Shown: positions 41,264 to 52,700 of the stretch, one piece after another
Numbering within the stretch: position 1 is the stretch's first letter
How the letters are laid out: every line of letters starts with the position of its first letter
Assembly (NCBI GenBank): GCA_964247055.1
Contig: OZ176053.1
Coordinates: 5,146,001 to 5,210,000, forward strand
Direction of reading: 5' to 3'
DNA length: 64,000 bases
DNA from: Paragordius varius
Lineage: Eukaryota; Animalia; Nematomorpha
Notes under the pieces: model-generated
The model's input: the letters and a program-made list of their open reading frames with translations, nothing else
Databases searched by the model: none
What the model was told of the DNA's origin: nothing
Made by a program: the position numbers and the translations under genes

Positions 41264-44200
41264 ATGAGCAATCCAATTCAAAGTTGGCTTGAACTTGAAA
41301 GTGATCCAGGTTTGAAAAAAAATATATTTAGGTTTGTTTTCGTTACTTTTGCGGGAAATGGGTTTTTTATATATTAATCATTAGGTGTAAAAGGCGTTGA
41401 AGTCGAAGATGTTTATGATCTAAATGATAAATGGCACGCAAAGTATCTTATTTATTTAAATTGTAAATATTAATGAAAACTTTTAAGCCTAACATTCAAT
41501 AACACAAAAATTATATTAAGCTGTGTGTTTGCCAAATTATCCCTTTTTAACACATTCATTTATGAAATTTCACTTTTTTTCGTTATAAAAATTTAATATG
41601 CTTTAAATAGTATTCTTTCTCATAGACACTTAAGGTAAGAACCAGTTTTTCTTAATAAGGAAGTATTTTGCGATGGTTATAAATGATAAAGAAAATTGAT
41701 TATATTTAAAACTCAATCAGGATTCGACACTTCATACAGATAATTTTATATAAAAATTAAGTTTAAATTTCTCAATTTAATTTAATTCTCATATATAAAA
41801 TTTTTTGACCCTTAGCAATTTAATAAGCACATGTCCTTTTGGTAAACCTATACATAATAACTAACTAACTACATTTAAAGCGTCATACCGCCTATTTTTA
41901 ACCGATCAAAATACATCATTAGTTATGTAATTCCATGAGCTTTGCCGTGATCCAAAATAGATTAAGTCTTTACATATCCAAATCAATATATATTGAATAC
42001 AAATTTCTAATACCTATTGGTAACATTGAAATCATCCTTTTTTCATTAAATTGTAAAATTGCTTTGAAAAGGCCATATTGTATTTTAAACTGTAAAAAAC
42101 AGAAATCGGTTTTAAACCGGCAGATTTGAATATTAGTTTTGCATACAAGTGGTTTTATTCTACATATAATCTATAAAATGGAGATTATTTTAAAGCAAGA
42201 AACTGAAATAATTGGTATGTATCTTAAAATTAATCAAGAACTGGTTTTGGTATTTTTGGTTCTTGTTTCAAGCCAAAATAATATTTATCAATGCTTATTA
42301 TTACCAAAATATAGGACCATAAATTATATATTTTATTTTTAATGAGGCGTTAATCAGCTTGATAAAATTTGCTTTTTTATATATATTTTACGTCAAACTA
42401 CAAGTTAATCACATATTATTACGCTTAGGTTTTCAAATTAATTTTATTTTATAGACATACTTATGGATTTATATTTCTGTTCAAATGGATTGATGAAAAA
42501 CCTAAACGCCGAGGCACGGCTGATACCTTGGAATCAACGAATTATTTAACTGATAGTGATAGAATCAAAAAAATGTTTTATGCTAAACAAGTTCTTTTTC
42601 ATTTTTTCTAAGATAAAACTTTAGATTATACCAAATTCATGTGCAACGCATTCCCTTCTCAGTATCGTAATGAACGTCAATAATTTAGATGTTGGACCCA
42701 ATTTGTTGAAACTCAAAAATTTGACGCAAAACCTAAATTCCGAGGTATCGTACACGCTTTTAACTATTTGCATCCAATGACGCGTTACCATAAATGAAAT
42801 TTTAAATCTAATAATTCAGCATTATAAATATTTATTTGGTTAACGATATATACAGTCACACTTAAAAGATTGCGAATCTTTATATTAAAAAATTAAGGAA
42901 GTGAATACAGCTCTAAGAAAAAATATAATGTTTAGTTGGATATAAAATTATACGTATTTTTGTAGCATTTTTTTCAAAAACATTTAGGCATATTCAAATT
43001 GATTATTTTAATGAATTTTGCCGATCATAGTTAAGTCGCTTTTAATTGGCCCTAAACTTTAAAATTTATATGAAACTATAAGACATGATTTGTATTGATA
43101 TTCTCTAGTTTTTATTCACATTATTTGAATATTAACAAAGCGTGAATCTTTAAAAAAATTGTTTTACTTATTTTTTATTCTCTATATGCTTTTATAACAA
43201 AGAGATAAATCGTTATTGATACAATTAAATATAATTATAAATTTTTGTTTCTATGAATTTTTTTAGTCCCATTTTAATTTCTCTCTTTTGTCAGAATTTT
43301 TTTTTAAGTAATCCTTTATTATCGCCAAAAACATTACCTCAAGGTCAGATAAAATTTCCTTTATTTTAGAGAAATTTAGGTCAGTTGCCTACGTAATTTT
43401 ACTCTGGCTTTTTCTATCTCTTTTGAAAATTTAAAAAATTAAACAATTAGTTAATATTATAACCATAAAATGATATTTAAAATTTTAAGTGGATTAAACT
43501 TTGTAGATTATTTTTAACCGAAATCCCATCCTCTTACGGCTTTATATTAGCTTATATTTTATAAAACGATTTTGGCAAATTATTTGAAGTAGAAATAAAT
43601 AGCATGGAATTTATAATTTTGAGCCCAAACATAACCTGTTTGGGTGTATCAAAGCCGTTTCTTTTTGTCAAATTCTGTTTTTGAATCTGATTCAAAAACT
43701 TTTTGGGTAACCTTCTAATTATATATATTAATTATATTAAATTAAAATCAAAGAGGAAATAATTTGATTTATTTCATAAATAAAAATTAAAGGTATATAA
43801 AATAGGCTCAAATTCCTTAGCGAGTTAAAGCCTTTTTGTGGAAATTAAAATGCATATGGTATCTCATAGTACTTAACCATTTTTTTAACGCATAAATCAA
43901 TGAGAAAAGATAATACTGTTTATCACAAATTAAATTTTTTGATAAATATATATTATTTTTGCGCTATAATAGGACAAAGGATATGCCATAGCAAATATAC
44001 CAGAACTAGCACATGCTCATCATAAATTTGCAAAGTATCATTTTTTTCTACCGTTTTTTTACATAGATCATTTATTAATAATAATATTTGTTCTAAAGTT
44101 TAAAAATGGAAATCTATTATATTATACGTGTGTCAAAATATAACATTATAAAGCGTAATATTCAATTCATTGATCTTCATCCTTTTTATATAATTTTTAA

Positions 44201-47200
44201 TATATATAAACACATTAGCCATCCACTTTTAAATATATAAAATAAGGTTATAATTGCCAAAATATATATGTTAAAACAAGGTAAATGATCCTTATCTTTT
44301 AAGGCTAAAAGGCATTCCATTTAATACATTTGTTGAAAAAAAAGCGACGGACAAATATTATTATTTGGGACAAATAGTATAACTACAAAAGTTTGTATCT
44401 AAGATATGCAGTTTTTATTTTTAAATCGCGAAACAAAATTATTGATTGTAATTATAGCGTAGTTATTGCAGCTCTAAGACTACCTTTAAATTTAAAAATT
44501 GATTTTTGCTCTTAACATATATTTTTTTATCATTTAATTGGATGCAATATGACTTTATTTCTGCTGTTGACTAAAATAACCATTTCGATATTGTATTTGA
44601 AAGAATATTTTAACAACGTTTGTTATTTATCAATTTACAACTTTATGCCTAAGCAGAAATATTTTTGTCTCACCATTGTCAGAAAAGTGGCCAAAGAATT
44701 GTGATGATTCTAATTTGTTTGCATCTCAATTAGGATCATCTTAAACATTTCAGCTGGTGTAGTTGCCTCTTTCATTAACAAATTTAAAATATTAAACCTG
44801 CTTGCTTGGCTAATTATTTAGATGCGTCAAACGAAAATATATGTTTGATTGATACTAAACAATGTTATGGATAGTTTCGCGCTATACTCACTAAATATAG
44901 CTAGTATTTAGCATAAGTTGTTTATCTATAAATAACATATGGTATTCTTAGGGAATATCATTCTTTTGAATTTTCACTTAATAACAACTATCAAATAATT
45001 ATTTTTGACATAATATTTTATTATAACTTTTATAAAATAGAAAAGATAAAAATTTTAGCCTCAACGTTCCAAAATCTACCACAGTCCAGGAAAAAAGGAA
45101 TACTGATTCAATAACCAACATTGATGTTGTTGAAATGGATACAAAAGTAATATTTATGCCAGAAATATATTTAATTTGTTTTATACAAATATTAAAAATT
45201 TACTAATATGGAATATAGGATTATATAGACACTGATAATATCAAAAATATTACAAGGAGCCATACTCCCACACAACTTAATGCAAACGTTACCACTTCAC
45301 CAGCCAAACAATCATTAGGTTAAATATATTATTACTGATAAACATATAATTTTTGTATGAAAAACATATGACTACTTAATAGAAAAAAATACATGTAGTT
45401 TAGATTTAGGTCTTTTAGTTTTGTTACCGTCAAACATACTGTTGTGCGGGTCATTATTGTACAAAGACGATTTCTATGTGTAATTCGTCATGTGCTATTT
45501 TTTCTGACACTTTTTATAATGACAAATTTTAAATGACAATTTAATCTGTTTTTACCACAAAAAATAATTAAATATATTTTAGTTGGCATTAATTAAATTA
45601 TTTAAATTTTGGTTATAATGCAGGAAACAGAAATTTGGAAGAAGATTGTTTTCACTATGTTAGCTTTATACCGATTGACGGTGAACTTTATGAGTTGGAT
45701 GGTTTAAAGCCATATCCGATTTCTCACGGTAATTTACCATTTTTCAAAATATATTGTTATACAAAATTGTTTAAAACAAAATATTTAAACTTCTTTTTAC
45801 CACATATAGGCCCTTGGAATCCAAACGAAGAATGGACAGATAAGCTACGAAGAATTATTATTTCACGCATTTCCAATAAACCCATGTAAATATATTAAAT
45901 ACTATCCCATATATTAATCTATCCATTAAAAAGACCAAAAAATATTTTATTAAGTCATAAGTTCTTTCTTAAACTTTATCTGTTAATCCACCGTATTATT
46001 TTATTGTATTTGATTTTATCTAAAATAATCTTTCAAAATCGGTTATTATAAACTTATAATTATGGTCATAAAGCTACTAATTAATCCGCATATATATAAC
46101 TTAAATCAACATATATTATATTAGCATATCTCAAGTAAGTATTGAGAACATTAATTCATCCAATCTTACCTTATCACAAATGTCCATTTCTCCCATAAAA
46201 GCTACTCTAACCCAACAATCTTTAACTACTTTAAGTTCAAATTCTATCACCACCACGATTTCCAACGATAATTTATCCAACAATCCCATTAGTGTTTCCA
46301 ATGAAATCCGGTATAATTTAATGGTTGTGTGCAAGGAAAAACGTACCATACTCCGTAATATATTAATGGCTAAACGATCTCACCTATACTCTGCACTTCA
46401 AAGCCTACCCGTGGTTTATTATTGTTTCATTATAGTGTTTTATCATGTAAAGCCTTAAAGTATGAATTTATTTTCAATATAAAGGATGAGAATTTTTTAA
46501 ATCTTGAATATGAGTCTTTATATCTAACACTGTTCAAATATTTTAAACATCAAATAGTTAATTTACCCATTGTTAAGTTTTTCTTTTTAACAAATATACA
46601 ATATATTTTAATGGTGATTATATTTTTTGTAAACATTCAGAAAGTTTTTAAATAGATTTAACCTATTCTTTATAGCCAAAATTAAATATAATTAAGTGCA
46701 TCCATGTTTATACTTTTTTAGAATTCATGATATATTTTAGACTTTACGGACATTTGAAGATTTGTTTCAATTGATTGTGGCTGAAAATATGGAAAAAATG
46801 CGTAATGTTTTGCGAAAAACAAAGGTTTGTTTTTAATTTACTGTGAATTTACATTTAATATATAAATAAATCTTGTAGGAGCGAGTTTTTATGCAATCGT
46901 TTAAAACCAATATTCCAACCCGAGTCCGAAATAAATTTTATTCCCATAGTTCCATAAAGGTATAATTAAATTATATTTCATTAAATCATTGCGTTTTTCT
47001 GGATTATTTTTATTTTTCTTTAGATTTAAGTAATTGTTTTTATCATAATAGGAAATATTATCCACGATGTACGACATGCATACTGACATAATTAACACTC
47101 ATACTAATTTAAAAAAGGAAAATGAAAAATGGGATCGATACAAAGTAATGTATATTAATTGAAATTAAATATATTTTAAAAAGTTACAGCGCTTTGTACA

Positions 47201-47492
47201 AGATTAATTTTGATCAAATAATTTTGTTTGCGCTAATAAATTAGATTGAAAATTCCCGTCGCATTCATGAATATGGACCCTTTATACAGGCCTTTATTCA
47301 GGCTTTGGCCCGTCATAATATGCTTAAAGGGATAATAGAAAATCATTTGCCTAAAAGTTTGTAAAATTTGTTTTTTGTATTGTTTAACATAATATTTTTT
47401 ACGGAATATGTTTTTTTATTGTTGTTTTATTAGAATCGTCTCTTTACACAAGAAAGATTAGGAAAATGTCCTGCCGCCAAGTCAAACTGTGA
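41264..47492 (+). CDS. BAP1: BAP1/calypso-type ubiquitin C-terminal hydrolase, about 511 aa, 16 exons
   Basis: Exons 41264-41309, 41332-41361, 41385-41442, 42455-42590, 42625-42744, 43973-44034, 45059-45146, 45219-45318, 45624-45728, 45810-45885, 46125-46410, 46741-46824, 46879-46959, 47052-47144, 47245-47356, 47434-47492. Motifs [35 protein letters not shown] (catalytic Cys), FHYVSFIP (His), [10 protein letters not shown] (Asp), [32 protein letters not shown] and a basic C-terminus. Confidence 0.93.
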
Positions 47493-47949
47493 TATCGAGC
47501 CCTATTATATTACTAAATTATTTTATTCTTATAATTATAGAAAATATATTATTTATGTACGCAAAAATTAGTATATATAACTTTCTATATTTAATAAAAT
47601 TAATCATTGATGATGTCGTTAAATAGCATTATTTCTCTTAAAAAAGATTTTAAGTATACATGATTATATGTTAGTTTTTATAACTATTAATTAAATCTTA
47701 AACTATTGCTTTATTGTGTTTGTCGTTTAAGAGATAAAAAGCTCCTATTCATTTTAGGTTTGAAAAAATACTGATTGGCTTTATTTTTATGTTAAAAGAG
47801 TTTATTGACAAATATATGATTTTTTATAGGCCGATGTTTTTGAGTTGGTATGAGATATATGTCAATATATGTAGGCCATTATTCAAAAGGAATTTCATTT
47901 GAGGAGTCCGTCGTAATGTTGTCTATAAGTTATTTAAATATAAGACACT

Positions 47950-48330
47950 TAATTATATTTATCTACTGATTTTAACAGCAAAATTTGCTTTTACCATTAG
48001 ACCTTTACCAGGCAAAATTAGTTAAAACCTTCTGACTAATTTTTTCCTGGTTATTATATTTTCAATGCGTTTTATCTGGTTCGTTACCCTTTACCAAATA
48101 TCGGCATCCAAATGTGTATTTTTATAAGTTTTATTATTTAGTCATTGTGTATATAATAATAAAATTCCATTTTGATTTAGTTTACAAGATTCCATTCTTT
48201 ATACCATACCCTTTATCCTGTATGGATCAATATTTTATAGCGTAGTGGTAAAGATTATAAACTGCATCCAACTTTCATGTTTAATTTCAATCCGATATAA
48301 TTTATCCAGCAAGGAAGTGTTATATATGTA
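47950..48330 (-). pseudogene. Possible decayed LINE 3' (zf-RVT-like) fragment
   Basis: Stop-riddled LLDKLYRIEIKHESW...KSKWNFIIIYT, reminiscent of L1/Tx1 C-termini; weak. Confidence 0.3.
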
Positions 48331-48793
48331 TTTAAATATTTAACATTAAAAAGTAAAATAATTTCTTATCAAATTTTTATTCCCTTATTAGTGTAAAAAA
48401 TTGCGTACAAAGTGTTAACAATTTTTAAATTATTTAGGGAGCTTAATAACGTTGATAAACCGCCCTTACTGCTCCAAACAATATCCATTTCAATTTTCAT
48501 TTTTTTACAATCGTTTAAAATATACAAAAGTTGGGACATGTTTTTGTTGTAGAACGGTATATTGACCCGTAGTACGGTTAAATAATTATTTTTAGAATAA
48601 CTTTATAATATCGTATTCAGATCTATATTGATTTCAAAAAATGGATATGATAAAATTGTTTATAAAAAAAATCTTTGGCGGAATATTTCAAAAGTAGATA
48701 TTAAGCGTGCAACGTTTAGTATAAACTAATGCAAAAATTTGCATAAAAAGCAAGTATTTTCAATATCTAAATTTATTTTTTTTGATATAACAA

Positions 48794-49090
48794 AGTCACT
48801 CAGAAAGCGACTCCTTCCCACCCCTCAAGGAAGAACAAAGGCCTAGCATCTGCATAGTGAGAGGTGCAGAGCTAAGGGCTTACAATGTTCCAACTCCCAT
48901 AAGGTACGCTCTTCAAAGCCCACCCATGGCACGCTAAACTATTAAGCATGCAGAGTGTGCTATGAATAGAATCACGTTTAAGGTTAGGAGTGCTATACAC
49001 TGTCCTCATCGTGACTGATGGTAACTAGTAAGCTTGGTGTAGCTTAGCACGTATCACACTACAGAAATGATCCTGTTGAAGTATGATCTT
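48794..49090 (-). ncRNA. U3: U3 snoRNA, about 297 nt
   Basis: 5' AAGATCATACTTCAACAGGATCATTTCTGTAGTGTG closely matches the recalled human U3 start AAGACTATACTTTCAGGGATCATTTCTATAGTGTG (boxes A'/A). Also box C' GATGAGGA (49003-49010), box D CTGA (48800-48803), closing stem AGTCAC/GTGACT and a B-like AAACGTGAT. Locally GC-rich island. Confidence 0.9.
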
Positions 49091-50023
49091 AATTTTTTCT
49101 TACTAAAGGGAACCCTATATAAATTCAATGAAGGAAAGATTACGAGTCGGTAAATAATATCAAAATTATATAAACACCGAGACACGTCTGTGGTATTTAA
49201 TTAAGGTTTTATATATGTGTAGAATATATAAAAAACATATTACCTTATATTATTAAAATATGAAGTTATTTAAATGACATCCATTAAATTATAAATGCGC
49301 ACTCTTATTTTTGCCAGTACAAACATCTACAAAAATAAAATATGCGAAAGGAAAAAACAAACACGCATCCCTTTCTACCATTTTGTTGCCCAAAGCGTTT
49401 TCACTAACATCACAGAATGTTTATCATATATCTTTCATTCATCTCATATTATGCTAATTTTATAAGTCATATAGCATCAGAAAATTTTCTATTTAATATG
49501 TAAAATGTATTAAAAAAATATTTTTAAATTATAATAAAAATATATCGTAATAGAATAATTTAAAAGCGAAATATTTTTGAATGATAAAAATATTCATATA
49601 AATAGTGGTAAAATAATTTTTACAAAAATATATTTAAAAATAATTTAAATGTTATTAATTGGTCATGAATTTTCGGGGGTGAGTATTTAATACAGTTTTT
49701 ATATTATATTTGTGTCCTATAAAATAATATTAATTGCTTATTACTTTATGTTCAGCTCATTTATGGACAACCTTACAAAAATGAAATGATACCCTAATTT
49801 GGCAATTAAAGAACAAGAGCTAGCTTGCGAATTTTATTTGTTATAATAAGAAGATGATAATGTGATACATCATTTATTTTTAGCCATTTTTTTATAAACT
49901 ACAAAGGGCGTTAAAGGCGAAAACTAAAAAATGTTTTAATGTTTTGAATTGCGATTGCCGCACCTAGTTTTTAGTTATTTCAGTACACAAAAATACTTGA
50001 AAGCCAATATTTTAAGATATATA

Positions 50024-50823
50024 TAAGGTGACCAGACGTCCCGCTTTTGGCGGGACAGTCCCGCTTTTTCACACTTTGTCCCGCGTCCCGCTGCGTTTTT
50101 GAAATGTCCCGCTTTTTCACAATTTTATAAAAAAAATTTTTTTGAATACATTTAAATTTTTTATGAAAAATTTATTTTTTTTATCCGTTTAAATTTTTTA
50201 TCATTAGTTATCTTTAAAATCTGTATCAATTTTAAATTAAAGTTTTTTATTTTTAAATTAAAAATATTTATTTTTTTCAAATTTATATATGATTATACAC
50301 TTTGCTTCCTAATCCTACTGCCAACATTATCAAACACAAATCGGTAGCTTATACGTTTACTCCAGAAAATTAAGGTAAATGGTTAGAAATATTTCATCAT
50401 TTTGATACAAACTATGTTCCATACAATATTTTAAAAATTGTAGAATTTGCCTTATCTTTACGTGGAACCAACGCTGCTATTGAGCGCGTTTTTTCCACAG
50501 CAAATCAGATGTGGACATCGGAAAAATCAAATTTAAATGTTGAAACTTTACCATTTTATCTGTTAAATATAATTTGACAGATTCTTGTGAAGATTTCTAC
50601 AATATTTTATAAAATGATGACATCTGCTAAAACGCATTCACTCAAATAAAAAATATACCAAGGAATTAAATATTTTTTTTATATTTATAATGTATTTGTG
50701 TTAAAAATAAATAATTACTACAATAAATTTTTTGTATAATTTGGTTGTACACCCCACCTCATAACCCCCCCCCCCTTTCTCAGATTTGTCCCGCTTTTTC
50801 CTTCAAAAAATCTGGTCACCTTA
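50024..50823 (+). mobile_element. hAT deletion derivative (800 bp)
   Basis: 13-bp TIR TAAGGTGACCAGA / TCTGGTCACCTTA; perfect 8-bp TSD GATATATA (50016-50023 and 50824-50831); subterminal GTCCCG repeats. Confidence 0.92.
50377..50577 (+). pseudogene. hAT transposase C-terminal dimerisation-domain remnant
   Basis: Open 66-codon stretch KWLEIFHHFDTNYVPYNILKIVEFALSLRGTNAAIERVFSTANQMWTSEKSNLNVETL; the GTNAAIERVFS motif is typical of the hAT dimerisation domain. Confidence 0.8.
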
Positions 50824-51609
50824 GATATATAATACATATAAACTACGAAAGGCGTTATCAAGCTATTTTTTATTCTACCGGAAGTAATGGTAGGCATTTC
50901 TTCTATACCATAATATATACTCTCCAATTAAAAAACCATGTGTCGACCCAAAAATCATTTTATTCATTACTTCTGCCGGATAAGTTGATTAAACATAATT
51001 TTATGTTAGAAATGAGGACAAATATTATCTAGGGGTGTCCAACACGCGTACCTTTAAAATATTAAATAGCCCGTGAAAAACTCTAAAAAAATAAATACAA
51101 TAATTAAAGAGAAATTATCAGTATAAATTTTACATGATTAATTTTGAATTATTATTTTTTAATAATAACAATTTTATCAGAATTATATCTTTGTTTATTT
51201 ACCATTAATTGTTTTGAAATCTATTTAGGACCGTTTGCATTGATATACCCCACATATTACCCTTAAATTGGATCTAGTAAAATACAATTAAATTTCAGGG
51301 TAAAAATTATTATCATTCAAAATTAGAGGCGAAACTAAAATAATAATCGTATCCAATTTTTTCATTGAAAATAGACTTTACTTCTTAGTATATAAAAATA
51401 TATGCAAATCAAAATCTTTCTTTCCGAATTTTGCCAACGTAATAAACGAAAAAAAATAGTAATTATATAGAGGTCGTAGATTTTTGCCATATAATTAGAT
51501 ACTTCCATTTGTTATATTTTTGTTCAATAGGGTCCGTAAAGCCATTTATTTTATCCCCTGTTTTATATAATTATTATTATTAAATTACAATTTCACCTCG
51601 TGAGTACCT

Positions 51610-52700
51610 TCATGTGAGGTAACCTGTTTCGTCATAGAACTCTGTCTATAAGCGTCTTCAGCTTTAAAATTATAATTTGCCAGTTCTCTTTTTATAGTAT
51701 TCATCCATGTTGTTAACGAATCCTCGTTTTTGCACTATATGACTGTTTATCGCATTTTCAATATAATGTTCAATGTGCCCAAACTAACAAAATCTATTTT
51801 TTCATTCTTTCAGTTATGAATTGAACATAAGTGCTATTCATTCTTGTTTGTCCTTCTTTCTGAGCCATACATTATCCTAAACTTTTATATTTCTGAGATA
51901 TATTAAAATGACTCTCTTCGGCTTTTTTAACGCCCCATATCTGTGAATTATATACCATCTACAGTTTAAATTCAAAACAATTCAAATCACTCTCGAACGA
52001 TTCAACACCCTTGAACAATTCAAACCCTAAAAAAAATTATGTTTTTCGAATTAATATAGCTCATTATCAATATGAAATATATCTTTATGGCATGGTTTAT
52101 TATGTTTTCAGTATTATTTTAATTTCAAACAAAATTTTATTTTTTAAAAATAATTAAAATATAGGTAATTTTTAATTTTAAAAAACACATAATTCATTTT
52201 AGGAGTCGAATAGTTCAAAGGTGAATAGGAATTGTTCAAAGGTGAATTTGAATTGTCCATGGGTGAATTTGAATTGTAAATGGTATACATCCTTATGGGT
52301 GAAATCGAGTTGTATAACTCATCTTTTCAATTGATACCGATATTTCTATCGTAAAACACGCGTGAAACTTTCTTACAATTTACCCACCTTCTCATACCTA
52401 AATTAATATCGTCCTTAAGGCATTTGAACTAACATTGTTCCCAAATATTTGCATCTCAAAACCCATCCCGAATCAACCTTCAGTTCATACTGTTGATTTT
52501 CTGAATATTTTTTTCAAGCCACTATTTTGGGGATTAGTTAGGTAGAATCCATAAGTTAATTTATAATCAGCTATTAAATGAATAATATCCGAAGACTATA
52601 ATTGAAAAAAGGGATCTTATTTTTTTCAACAAATGCCTTTAATACTTTGGGCGCATTTTTATGAGGGTGGCCCTCAGGCTAGGCAGCTAACACAAATTAT
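51610..52700 (-). pseudogene. Decayed RTE-type LINE reverse-transcriptase 3' region, split by a MITE
   Basis: Frameshifted motifs KYLGT (about 52435-52449), DDINLGMRRWVNCKKVSRV, FGHIE (about 51769-51783) and TTWMNTIKREL..EDA, in the expected RTE order. Confidence 0.6.
51955..52283. mobile_element. MITE family B inserted in the RTE relic
   Basis: TA|CCATCTACA...TGTAAATGG|TA with 3-4 subterminal about 20-bp units per end. Confidence 0.8.

Noticed and set aside
42130-42260. GDYFKARN, resembling the LINE endonuclease GDFNAR motif
   Set aside because: A single short motif among stops; could be chance.
44695-44770. GTGATGA box-C-like word in a BAP1 intron
   Set aside because: No box D (CTGA) or terminal stem at a suitable distance.
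51028-51565. TAGGGGTGTCCAAC, resembling a hAT left end, with ATCCCCTG downstream
   Set aside because: No matching TSD or convincing TIR pair.
51960-52283. Regularly spaced about 20-bp repeats superficially like a CRISPR array
   Set aside because: Units are adjacent without unique spacers and are inverted between the two ends of a MITE; eukaryotic context, no cas genes.
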